Assembly: GCA_038496445.1 (NCBI GenBank)
Contig: JALMLS010000507.1
Span: 124,001 to 188,000 of the forward strand
Length of the DNA stretch: 64,000 bases
Reading direction: 5' to 3'
Origin: Trichosphaerium sp. ATCC 40318
Lineage: Eukaryota > Protista > Tubulinea
The notes below the pieces were generated by a model. The model was not told where the DNA came from. It made no database searches and saw nothing but the letters and a program-made list of their open reading frames with translations. The translations under genes and the position numbers were made by a program. Positions within the stretch are counted from its first letter, which is position 1. Each line of letters begins with the position of its first letter. Positions 1-11,611 of this stretch are shown here, piece after piece.

Positions 1-851
1 TTCTCGGAGTCTCGGAGGAAATATGGTACGTTAGCCGAGCTTGTCATGAGATCTTGAGCGGAGATGTTCTGGTTACTACACGAAGCTTTATATTAGCACA
101 AAAACTGCATACAAAGCAACTTGGAAATTTCAGTTAACAAAAACCAAAAAAAAACTTACCGAAGTAAATAATAATTGTTGGCAACTGTACAATCTGTAGT
201 AGTCTTATCTCCATTTAATATAAAGTCTACGTTTGAGGTTGAATAGCATCTTGTAGGAATATTCAGTACATCCTCCACAAGAGCCCTATAGAACGTTAGT
301 ACGTGCGTAGAGTAATATTGTTGTAATGTCCGAATATCGTCAGTTCATCACACGTGGAAATTTAGGTTTAGAAATTACAAAAAATCCTCAGGACGTACCT
401 TGTCATTATGTGCTCGTGTGTTCTGTACCTGTACGCTCCTAGTTCCAAGACATAATCAGGATCTATTTCAGGAACTTCATCGTTGCCTATTGGTCTTACA
501 CGGCCTCCAGGACGCGAAAGACCTTCAACTATCGCAATGGAATTTGGTCTGTAACGCCACTGTTCATAGTTGCCTGTAAGTAACCGCCACCCGGTATAGA
601 CACCTCCAGGTCCTGCTCCTACAACTAAAGTGTCATAGTAGCGCCTAAGCAAGGTAAATTTTAGGAAGATAGCTAAAACTCGAACGATTCACACGTGCTG
701 ATATCATTGTGTGGTGACGAGAATGGTAAAAATAAGCTGAAGTTGGCACAATTGTGGCCAACAGTTTCGTTTTGGACTCATACCTTGGGTAGTACCACCC
801 AGACACAAAGGTGAAGGCGAAGAAGAGTAAGAGAAGCTGTGGTTTAAACAT
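1..851 (-). CDS. Secreted FAD-dependent amine/amino-acid oxidase-like protein (5' part; runs off the window start)
   Basis: ATG at 851 gives a signal peptide (MFKPQLLLLFFAFTFVSG). A GTATGA..TAG intron joins YYPR to RYYDTLVVGAGPGGVYTGWRL (Rossmann GxGxxG), followed by E..RPGGRV and ELGAYRY, the flavin amine oxidase fingerprints. Confidence 0.8.
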
Positions 852-1022
852 GTTGTTGATATTTTTATCCGTTGATATCACCTGCTTAACTGGTTTATCT
901 TAAAAATAGTTAAGGCAAAAAACGAAACTAGGCCAACAAACTAGCGCTCAGAAACTCATTTGTTTTAACTCAATTAACCTTGCAATCTTGTGCTGTGCTT
1001 CAAATAAACCCCACTTTGTGTC

Positions 1023-3257
1023 ATGAAGGCACAAACGGGTAGGCTGGTTTTATGCCTAATACTGTATATTCTGACATCAGCACGTGGCATTCTACTATTT
1101 GCCAATAGAACAGAGGAAACCGTACCTTTAAAATTCCAAGGTAACTCTGGCGCAGTAGAAGAAGACATTACTGGCGTTCTGGCTCTACGAGAAAGCGTAA
1201 CACCAGGTAATCAGTTGACGCTTTTTTGGCTATGTTGGCTCTTTGTTCCCTAACTTACAGATAATAGGATGTATTGTTGTAATGACTGAAGTACATATAT
1301 GCGACCAGTCTTCATCTGTTGATGCGATGATTATGGCGATTAACGAAGGCGCAGTTGGAATACTTGTAGTCGGTGGTAACTACGGTTGCTTTCCATACAC
1401 GCTATGCCAACGTACGTAGTAATATTTCTGGTTTCCTCACTTTCCTTTTTTAACTTTTAGGTTATAACCTCACTGTTTCGCTAGATGATACTACTATGGT
1501 GACAGTGCCTGTTGTAGAGATTGATAAATCCGTAGTTTCTTTTGAAGACTTTAAGAGTTTTATATCACGTGGAAGTATTAATATTACGATGATACAAGGT
1601 ACGAACCGTCAATTATGTTATAAAACCGCTAGTAGATAAAAAAAAAACCAGTTTAAACTAACCGTATTTATGACCGTTGTAGATACATCCAATAATCCTT
1701 GCAGGGCCTATTACCAATCAGCATTATTTGGAATTATACAAGGCGTCTTAATGATCGCAAATACTCTCAATATATGTCTTTGCTTATTACGGTACTAGCA
1801 ATGGAACAATTACTTTTTTTTATTTTTTAATACTATTTTGTTCATGAGCGTATTTTCATTAATTCGGAACTAAAATAAACATAAACCGTAAAATACGTTT
1901 ACAGAAAATACAATATTCGCGTTTATGTTTCGTAGTCTCGAGATTATCGGAACTCACGTGTTTTATTTTTGCCTGAACGAAAAAATACGTTTTCAGCTCG
2001 AAATTGTACATTTATTTGTGCTCTTAATTATCTTTGTAGGTTATTCCAGTTCATGATATTATACAATTACGATGGAGTATACCTTACAATTGCGAACGTA
2101 TGTATTGCAATAGAATTAGTAGCAAGTCTCGGTAGGTTTAAATTCGAAAAAAAAATTCTCCGTTCTGACAAAACAAACAAGTCAGGGCCGTTTTGATAGT
2201 TGATCTGTATGGCGGTAGAAATATCCTCCCCTACAATATATATGTTGCCCTCACAATAGGTATCGAAAGGTTTAAAGCCTCAATTGTCTAATTTTTTATT
2301 CAGGAGTTGTACCGTTGAATACAATTACAAACGTTTTAATTGTAATGTACTGGCATGAAGCGCTTATAAACAAAAGAGTTACAGTATCTCGGTTCATAAC
2401 AGTATTACGTGTACGCCTTCGAAGCATTTTTAGTTTCATAAAGATAAAAAAATATCACGTGATTTTCGTAACTTTTCTTTTAGCTCCCGTTTTTCTTTCT
2501 CTCTGGCTTACTGTTTTTAATGTGTATATTTGGTGTTATAGTTTATTTGACGCCTCTGAATAATGGTATTATTTAAACAACTATCACTCAAGTCCTTTTC
2601 AATGAAATAACTTTCTGTAGATATTGCTAACGTTCTCACTGGTGGTTTCATAATTATCGTTAACGTAGGTCTGTTAATATACCAATTCATTGTACTTTAC
2701 AGGGTATGAGATAGCTTTTATGACAAGTTTTCTTCTTAACTTTATTTTAAAGATATACCATCGTCTATATGACGCTGAATCAACAGGCAAAGCGTTTGAT
2801 GAAGATAAGAGGGCTTCAAAGTCTATAGCACGTGTAAGTACTATTAGAATATATCAGGCGTTGTTTGTTTTAATGTGGCCTTGTTTTTAGATCAAGCTGA
2901 GAATGATTGTTAATACAACTTTACTTATTGTGATAATACTATTGACGTTAACTCAAATACCTGATCGCCAAAATCCAAATATAGGCGTATGGTTACTCGC
3001 AGCATATCTGGTGGGTTATATTCTATTATCAACGTTTCAGGTTCGAAGTTTATTTTTAGTTTGTTCACATCACAAGTCACGTGTATTAAAACTACATGTA
3101 GGTTTATTCATTCGATCCAGCTTCTGCTAAAGAGAGAAAAAAGCGCAGTGGCACTGCAAAGCCTTCGAGACCTACATCAGTTACACAAGCTAATCGTAGT
3201 AGTAGTTTTATACAAACGACTGAAATGAAATCTGTCAAATCTGCCGTTGTAATATAA
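1023..3257 (+). CDS. Signal peptide + PA (protease-associated)-like domain + multi-pass (about 7 TM) membrane protein, multi-exon
   Basis: Hand-spliced exons give a signal peptide, then ITGVL..GCIVV..AINEGAVGILVV..TVPVVEI (PA-like). Successive hydrophobic helices follow (e.g. IAIELVASLVRAVLIVDLYG, LIVMYWHE), then a Ser/Lys-rich tail to TAA at 3255-3257. Confidence 0.65.
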
Positions 3258-3585
3258 TCCCCCACATCACCAAGTGCTATTTAATTGTAAACTATAGAAA
3301 TAAATGGAAAAAGTGTTAGATAAACTTACACACGTGTACTAGACTTTAACAAAATATTACATGTGCAGCTCTTTTACACAAGACGTTATTTCTATGTACG
3401 CACATAAACTGTGAAGCTGTTCTACTTCTTGACAATGGCTGTTACACTTAGCACAAGGAGACTACAAAACGTAATTCTTATTCACTCTTAGAACTTGTGC
3501 ACAACGCATGCCATACACGTGTGTGCGGTACATGCAGGTATAACGTGTACACCACAACAACTGTCTATACAAGAACAACTTAACA

Positions 3586-5372
3586 ATGACTTACCTGATA
3601 CTAACAACAGCGCTATGTATAGCGCTCATTACAATGGTAAATGGCTACTGCGATCCCGTCCTCGATTGGCCTCAAGGTGGCTATCAATATGTGTACGGCG
3701 CACCGTGTAGTATTAACAGAGTACTCGTTTAATGCTAGATTTCTTAGAGTCTCCAAGAATTTCTCGTCCGATGAATGTTGTAGAGAACGATATTGTGATG
3801 AACCGAACAGTTTTTGGTACGCTACATCTTTCAGAGTTTATTAGAGCTTGTTTACTAATAGTTTAAAATGAAATAGGCTTCCGAATCTCAGCAAAGATCT
3901 TGTATTTGATTCCTCTGTTTATGCTCCTACACCTGAGTTACTTCTATCAGGAACAGGAAATCATGACAACGGCCGTACAATAACGCTATCAGGCACTCTC
4001 AAGAGGTACGAAAGAATCTTCAGATTCACGAGACTTTCAAGCTTTTTTTGACATGTTGCTCTTTACTTGTAGTCTCAATAACCCCAACGTCGTATTTCAT
4101 GCCCATATTCTCTTTCTTGATGTGAAGCCATGCGGTCAAGTCCAACATCCGTTTTCTTTGGTAAAACAGCTTCGTGATGAATGTACGTCTCGTGTAGCCT
4201 TGTCTTAATCCTTCTGATGCATTTACAAAGGCTACGACAAGAGTTTGAATCCTCAAGTAGATCCTACATGTACGTATGATTGCTAAAGTATGCTTAGCTT
4301 ACTCTATCAATAGGTTGGCTTTGTGCTTGTAACTTTGGAGGTAGTTCTTTAGGTGTTGTTTTTGTTTAAATTTTTGCAGGTTCTATCACTGCTGTCGCAC
4401 CTGCTGGAGGCCGACTACAAGATAATCCATGGTTCCCAGCTCTATTTTCAATTTCTCCAGTAGCCAACAAATGCGCTCAAGTACGTACAGTTCCCCAACA
4501 TGGACATAATGAACGTTCTTAGTTCGGATATGGTGCTGGCGGTAAAAGCAAAGCACTTTCGATGTCGACATGGTACGTTGCTTCCATTTCAAAGGATGTA
4601 CTATAACTGTTTCTTGCTTAGGTTAAATTGGTATGCTATTCGTAGAGCAGCAAATGGAAGTTTGCCGTACAGAGGAAACGGAGATATCAATATCGACTAT
4701 TGGCGCCATTTAGTTCCAACACCACCTCCAACCAAGCCACCAACAAAAGCGCCTACAACAAAACCTCCTACAACGAAACCTCCAACTACAGTCACACCTA
4801 CCACCGACCCTCCAACAACCAAACCTCCTACCACAGTCACGCCTACCACTGACCCTCCAACAACCAGGTCACCAACGTACCCTCCAACTACCAAACCTCC
4901 AACTACAATGGCACCAACATGTACGTTCAATAAGGGTGTTTCATCTGAATTAATATTAATTATTTAGTGCCTCCGATTTGTCAAACTGATCCTCCTCAAT
5001 CAACGTATCGTCCTCCAGGAAGAATTTGTATTAAACCGAAATACGACTCTACGACTGATAAATGCTCGTAAGCAAAAACAAACAATTTGTTTTCTTCCTT
5101 TTTTCTTACGTTTTTTAAAGGTGTTTGACTTATGAATGTAAGACACATTCAGGAGATATTGATCACGCTTGCGAATCAAGGTAATTGATTTTATTTACAT
5201 TTTATTATTAAACTATGATAAATAACTGACTTGTTTGTAGTGCATGGCATTGTGTACAATTTACATATTGGCCAAAAGTATTACATCTTTCCTACCATGG
5301 AAAGCATTGTTCATGTTACTTTTAATTGTTTGTTTTAAGTATCGTCGGAAGAGCGCAACATACCCTTCTTGA
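3586..5372 (+). CDS. Secreted protein with a globular N-terminal domain, Pro/Thr mucin-like linker and Cys-rich C-terminal domain
   Basis: Signal peptide MTYLILTTALCIALITMVNG. The spliced exons include QFGYGAGGKSKALSMSTW..GDINID, then (K/D)PPTT repeats at 4717-4920, then short Cys-rich exons ending in TGA at 5370-5372. Confidence 0.65.
4717..4920 (+). repeat. Coding low-complexity repeat (PPTTK / TVTPTTD)
   Basis: Directly visible 15-nt-period degenerate repeat encoding TKPPT-type units. Confidence 0.9.
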
Positions 5373-5670
5373 CTACGTTATTTGTAACTCAAAATAAACT
5401 TGAATTACAACTTGACTAAGTGTGATAATGTTCGAAACAAAAAACTGACAATAGTTTGTCCTTCAGCAAGTTTTGTTTGCCACTAATCCTGGTTCAAATC
5501 TCACATACTTAAGTTCGCCAATGATATACCTTAGCAAGTACATTAATAAAATACACAAGCCAAGACCACTTCCTAACAATCTCCGGCTTCAAAAAACCAT
5601 TCTAATCAGCGGAACAAGAAATTAAATGCTACGGTTTAATTATATAATATTTATTTAGGAAAAGGTGTTT

Positions 5671-6414
5671 CTAAAACAAAGGTTTGGAGCACTCTCTGAT
5701 GCACTTGCGGAAAGCTTTGAGACATCCTCTCATATTTGACTTTGCACATTCTGAAACCACATCTTCGCATTCTTTGCACTGAGATACTTTGCCATCTGAG
5801 TTCTTTGATTGCTTACGTTGGCGTCTTCCTTTACGTTGACCCATTTTACGTTCACTACGTTCACCATTGGTGTCTTCATTGCGACTGCCCATTGGACGTT
5901 CTTTATCCTCATCATCTTCACTTTTACGCCCACCCATAGGACGTTCTTTGTTCTCACCTGCTCTGTTACGTCTACCGCGGTTACCTCTACGATTTCTCAT
6001 TGGTTTTTCTTCACTTTCTTCTTTATCGGCTTCAGCGTTGGTCATAGAGTCCATAGAGTACTCACCATCTTCTTCTTCGTTCTCACCTTTCATTTGTTTA
6101 CCCTTACGACCGCCCATTGGACGTTCTTTTTCTTCACCATCACCTTTGCGGTCACCCATACGGCGTTCTTTTTGTTCACCATCATTATCTTCCATAGGAT
6201 TGCGATTGCGTCGTGGGTACTTTCTACCTTGTTTGCGTTGTCTACGGTTTTGATACGATTCATCAGCAAAACACTAATCATACGATGAGTTGAAGTAGAC
6301 AGCAAGAAGCAAAGTACAAAACACTCTACTCCGACAGTAGAATTTCAAAATACGCACGTATGTAATAGCCAGCACTACAATGAGTAATATTAGAGTTCGT
6401 GAAGTTAAAGACAT
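5671..6414 (-). CDS. Secreted highly charged repeat protein (KERPMG units) with a C-terminal 6-Cys motif
   Basis: ATG at 6414 gives MSLTSRTLILLIVVLAITY. One GTGCGT..TAG intron leads to CFADESYQNRR.., in frame with ORF 5671-6195. The C-terminus is CKECEDVVSECAKSNMRGCLKAFRKCIRECSKPLF. Confidence 0.75.
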
Positions 6415-7894
6415 CGTTGAGGTGTCTCTTTGGTGTGATTTTCGATTTATTAGTAATTTATATCAAAACCCGCAGTTTTCGGACTGTTGGCCGACAAATA
6501 ACTAGCGCTACTAGTTAAAACGGCTTTAAGTTCCTAAAATAATATCTCTCCTGGTTGTATGGTTGTAAGTTGTATTGGATAGTGCAATCATTGGCCTTCG
6601 TGGTAAACAACTGAAAAAAAGGAAATTTCCATTCCTAATTTGGCAAGCCACAAGATAGAAATGGAAATACATGAGAACTTTTTGCTAAGTAGTTGAAAAC
6701 CAAAAAAAAATTCGTTGTGGTTCACAAATGTTCGCTAGCAACTTCATATTACGGCTACAAGTAGACACAGTACTGTTAAATGTACTACAAATATACTAGT
6801 AACCAAAAACTATCACATGGCTGTAAATTCGTAAAAAACTGAAAAACGTGCTTTTTTTGATAATTTTCAATCGAATGGTAAACAGTTTCTGAAAGCCAAA
6901 GTCACTTTTCAATGGCGTCTTACTATACACACAGTATCTTACATTGTGTCACGAAACTCCTGGGTTCAACTACAGATTTCAACATAAAATATGGCAGACC
7001 GCAACCGCCTGTTTCTAAGGCAACGGAAATACATTTCCCTATATCCAGAAAGGGTGGTACCAAAGTTTCAAAACAGGCCTTGCTGGTCTACCCAATCTGA
7101 ACACGAAACAAAATAAAAACGTTTTTGGTAAGATACAAATACGCACCAAACTTTAGGACATGCGAGTCTATGCGTAGAAAAGAACAATAAGAAGAACTTA
7201 CCTCGTTTATTCCAATTAGTCGTATCCACAGCACTCAAATATGTATATTAAATCCACTACAACCTATTTAGTACTATAGTGACCTGCAAGAGTAAACAAG
7301 TGGTAGTGGTTCACGAAAAGTACGTTTTACAGTTTTTTAGCGCAACAATTGTCAACAAAGTTCTTGAATTAATTTCGCAGTTAGGTGCAATTATTGTACA
7401 CTCTAAGTTCGCTCAATGTGTTCTAAACGTATTATACATGCAGGCTATACTTATCAACTACTTAGCAAAAAGTTCTCATCTTAAAAAACTACCAACTACT
7501 TGGATCCTTTGATATCAAAGGGAACCATTGTGTTTGTACAACCTGACTAAAGTAATACACTATTTAAAACCCGCAGCCGGCGGCACAATTCGCAAAGATT
7601 AAATTCCGTTGGTTCCTCGTTGAAACTTATATCTGGCAAATTATGTAAGCGGACATAACAACACTGAGCCTTATTTATTAATTAACTTTCCGGCACGGGA
7701 TGTTTTCTTTTAAAAAACTTTATTTTGCGAACGTGTTTTGTATTGTAAATAAACCACACGCTCGCTCTGCGCTAGTATCTGTCAGGGACAGACGTGTTCC
7801 TCTCCTCCCAGATTGTCTTCGCTGTCCTCGATTGGTACAGTCTGATCTAATGTTTATGGAGTGTAGCCCCTAATCTGATAATGCATACAGAACC

Positions 7895-10100
7895 TTACAT
7901 TTTAGATTTTTGTCTTCTACAATTAATAATTTCTCTAGCACATTTCTCGCCGACCAAAACAGCAGCGGCATTTGTGTTAGCATTTACTATATCCTCGTTA
8001 AAATGATAATAAAATATTAGGTTGTACCGATGGTAGGCAAAACAGAACAATCCGCAACCCTCAGATTCATTATTCCTTTCACTTTGAACTTTGAATCCAC
8101 TACACTGTAGCTATCTGATGTTACACCCATCTTACATGTACCAACCTTGAAAAATAAAAATAAGTATGAACACGTTATACAAAACAGTCGTTGACAACCA
8201 CGTGAGTGATTGAATCTTGCTTGTTATAAAATTCAATGTTGAACAAAAGCTACGTACAGGATGATAGAGAGTATCGACATGCTCTTTAACCCATGCTTTG
8301 AGCGTATTGTTTTTGACATCAATACCTGGTTTAATTTCTTTATCTACCAAATCCTTCCACACTTCGTTTTTCATAATCTTTCTGGTGCGTTTAATAGCTA
8401 GACAACAAAAAACACGTGTTATATTGGAAAAAAAATATTACGCTACCTTCCACTAACACATCAATATCTTCTTCACAAGTGAGAATTCTCGGATTAATCA
8501 AAGGGTGTTCCATGGGATTATTACTATTCAGTTTTATCCAACCAGTACTCTTTGGACAAAGATGTGTGACTGTCACAAAAAATCATGAATAAATCATTTA
8601 AAAGTAAATAGTTTCTGGTACCAACAATTGTGAATCCGCTTTTCCCTTTTTCCGTTTGAAACAGTTCCTCTCCACTTTATTCGAAAGTAAGTAAACCATA
8701 GGTGAGTGTTTTCAAAGACGGTGCCTTAGGAGGTTTGTTTGCAAGAGCTGTATATTCGGTTCTTTCACGTTTCCACCACATTTCAAGAATGCATTTACTT
8801 CAACGTGATTACAATACTTTGATCTATCCAGATACTCCTTTGTTGTGTATGCACAAGGCACCCAAACGTGATCCTATAATTACAATAAGAGCTTTTCACA
8901 ACAAACCTGAAAAGCCAGGTTGGTGTTCTTAATTCTAAGTTCCATTGAACGAGATGTACTTGAAGGTTTTGACCAACGCCAGGTAAGTCAACTAAGCATT
9001 CGATTTTATGTTCAGATAAATGATCATTAGGTCCAATACCACTTAGCATAAGCAACTGTGGTGAGTTTACAGAGCCTACAATTGTTACTTTGAACTTTTC
9101 TTGTTGACAAATGTTTATCGTACCTGCACTTACAATGGCTTCGTTCTCAACTCCAACAATGTACTTTCTGCCGTTTTTGTTTATTTGAACTCCAGTTACT
9201 CTACCTTTCTTGTTTATAATAAGCTTCTCTGCCATTGCGTTGTCAATAATTTTTAAGTTTGGAAGGTTGTTAACTGCTTTTTCGCTCAAGTATCCGTCAG
9301 CACTTGAGCATCTCTTGTATCCAGGCAGCATATTAACTTGTAGATATGATACGCCTTCTTTAGGATTTTCATTATAGTAGTGATTATAAGGTATACCCTC
9401 ACGTGTACAAGCTGAAACAAACAAGCTTGAAAACGATAAGAATATGTTGAGATTTTCCAGAAGAAAACGTACTGTCCTGGTTCACTGACACGGTCAAGAG
9501 GGAGTTGACATACTGCCATACCTGGTTTATCGACACAAGTGTTGTGCGATACCTCCATTGTTTCAAAATCACGAGTACATTCACGTGAGGTCCATCCCTT
9601 GATGCCTGTACATCAACAAGTTTACAAACAACTGCGAAAAAAACCGTTTCGTACCAGCACGTGTCCACGCGTCAAAATTATGTTTTGGCGGTCTTACCCA
9701 CGCTAAACCATTAATTGCCCCTGTACCACCTAAAATCTTGCCTCTAGGCCAGTTTATACGCCTAAACACGTGATTTAGACAAATCGTTATTCGAAACAAT
9801 ACTTACCTATTACTAGCGCATTCTTGAGGTTCTGTATTGTAGTCCCAGTCGTACACACTTCATAAGAGTCAAAACTATTTTGTGACAACTCTTTGAGGGA
9901 TACCTGTGAAATGCTTCGCCGTATTTCATTGGATTAACAATTGTTGAGTCATTCCTTGCTTTGGCGGAAAGGTGCGACGGCCCTGCTTCAATAAGTACAA
10001 CTGTAGCGCCATAATCGGCAAGCCTTCGAGCTACAACGCAGCCACTGCTCCCTCCACCTACTATGACATACTGCGATGTACAAATCGTTGGTACTTCCAT
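7895..10100 (-). CDS. GMC oxidoreductase (choline dehydrogenase / alcohol oxidase family), C-terminal PTS1-like SKM
   Basis: Motifs YVIVGGGSSGCVVARRL, WPRGKILGGTGAING, SPQLLMLSGIGP, LPGVGQNLQ, LYHPVGTCKMG, LRVADCSVLP and NANTNA. The last exon ends QKSKM-TAA. Confidence 0.92.
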
Positions 10101-10510
10101 GTTCTGTTAAAGTATTAACTGGTATTGATGCTCGCTTAACTACTTCCTTAACACTCACTTGTATGCGAAAAATGGACAATGCAGCAGCATAGTTTATGAC
10201 TCACAATAAGTTCCTTTTATCTATCAACGGCATTATTATGACTCTTGACTGCGCAGATAGTCAGCTAACAAAACGTCAATTCATTTATAGACATTAGAGG
10301 ACATGTAGCTTAAATGTAAAACACAGTCAGCTGGATGTGCATGTACCAGACAGGTAAGTGGTTCAACAAAGAGCCAGGCCCAAGGACCTGGAGGCAACTA
10401 AGTTGCCTGCTGTAAGTCAGACTCCGAATGGAGCTCCTTCACACGACCAAAATGGACTTGACCACGAACAGAATAGAACACACATACCAATTAGCTACAA
10501 ACAACACAAA

Positions 10511-11457
10511 ATGACAACCAAGCACATCAAGGTATCGTTATTTAGTACCAATTGTAGGATTATAACAAAAAATAGCCACAATACAAAGAAGCAAATAGAG
10601 CGAATCTATTAACCCTGCCTAAGGAGTTACGCCAAGAAATAATAAAATTAGAACATACAGCTTATATAAAATGGCCATTATTATCCAAACAAACAGCAAA
10701 AACCCGATTCGATGAGCGATTAAGTAAGCATGGAGAATGGTTTAAGTTTTTTAACTCAGGTTCAAAGTCATGCCAACAGGAATGGCGTAATGGTAAAAAA
10801 CATGGTGTATTCAAGACTTGGCATGTTGATACAGGGAAACTAAAGGAGCTCAAATACTTTGAAAATGATTTATGTGAAGGAGAGTGTAAGTATTGGCGTG
10901 AAAATGGTTTATTAATGCAACAGTTTACTTGTATTAATGGTGTTCGTCAAGGGGAGTATAAGAGTTGGTGGTATAATGGTTATCAGCATAGACATTTTTT
11001 TTATGTTAATGATCTTGTTGAAGGACTTAGTAAGCAATGGAGTGCAACTGGTGCATTAATTGAAGAAGGTCATTATATAAAAGATAAAAAAGATGGTATT
11101 TTTAGGGCGTGGGGAAGAAATGGTAACTTAGTTCTGCAATGTTTTTATGTACAAGGTAAACTAGGTGGAGAGTATAAGTGTTGGTGGACAAATGGTCAAC
11201 TATGTGAGCACTACTTTTGCAATAATGGGAGGATTGAGGGTGACTATAAAGAATGGTACGAAAATGGAAGGATGAAGGTTCAGTCATCTTTGTCTTGTGC
11301 TAGATACCAAGGAGAACACAAGGAATGGTATGATAACGGGCAACTATCAAAGAAGTGTTTCTATGTTGATGGTAAACTTTCCGGTGAATACAAAAGCTGG
11401 AATTGGGACGGAGAGTTGAAAAATATCTGGTTTTACAAAGACGGAAAAAAAATATGA
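10511..11457 (+). CDS. F-box + MORN-variant (MORN_2 / YwqK-like) repeat protein
   Basis: MTTKHIK is followed by a 47-nt intron (10532-10578), then PQYKEANRANLLTLPKELRQEIIKL..WPLLSK (F-box-like). This is in frame with ~10 repeats of G.YK.W..NG.L....Y..G (ORF 10915-11457). Confidence 0.8.
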
Positions 11458-11611
11458 GAAATGTAAGATTGGTAAATCTGTACAGCAACAAGATAAGCGC
11501 CAACGACCATATCCTGTAATAAAAGCATTAAATAACATTACTATTTTGAATTCAGTCAGGTATTATGAGTTGTTCTGTTATGGAATGGATGAACGACTCT
11601 CGTTCATTTAT

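Noticed and set aside
4697-6288. Antisense/alternative-frame ORFs (VVGG repeat; 5809-6288; 5867-6253)
   Set aside because: These are shadows of low-complexity coding repeats on the opposite strand or frame.
6900-7260. Exon-like segments with splice sites
   Set aside because: All three minus-strand frames contain stops and the plus ORF has no recognisable motif. A gene cannot be supported.
7570-7880. GC-richer intergenic stretch as a possible ncRNA
   Set aside because: No tRNA, snRNA, snoRNA or SRP motifs could be recognised. An Rfam/Infernal search would be needed.
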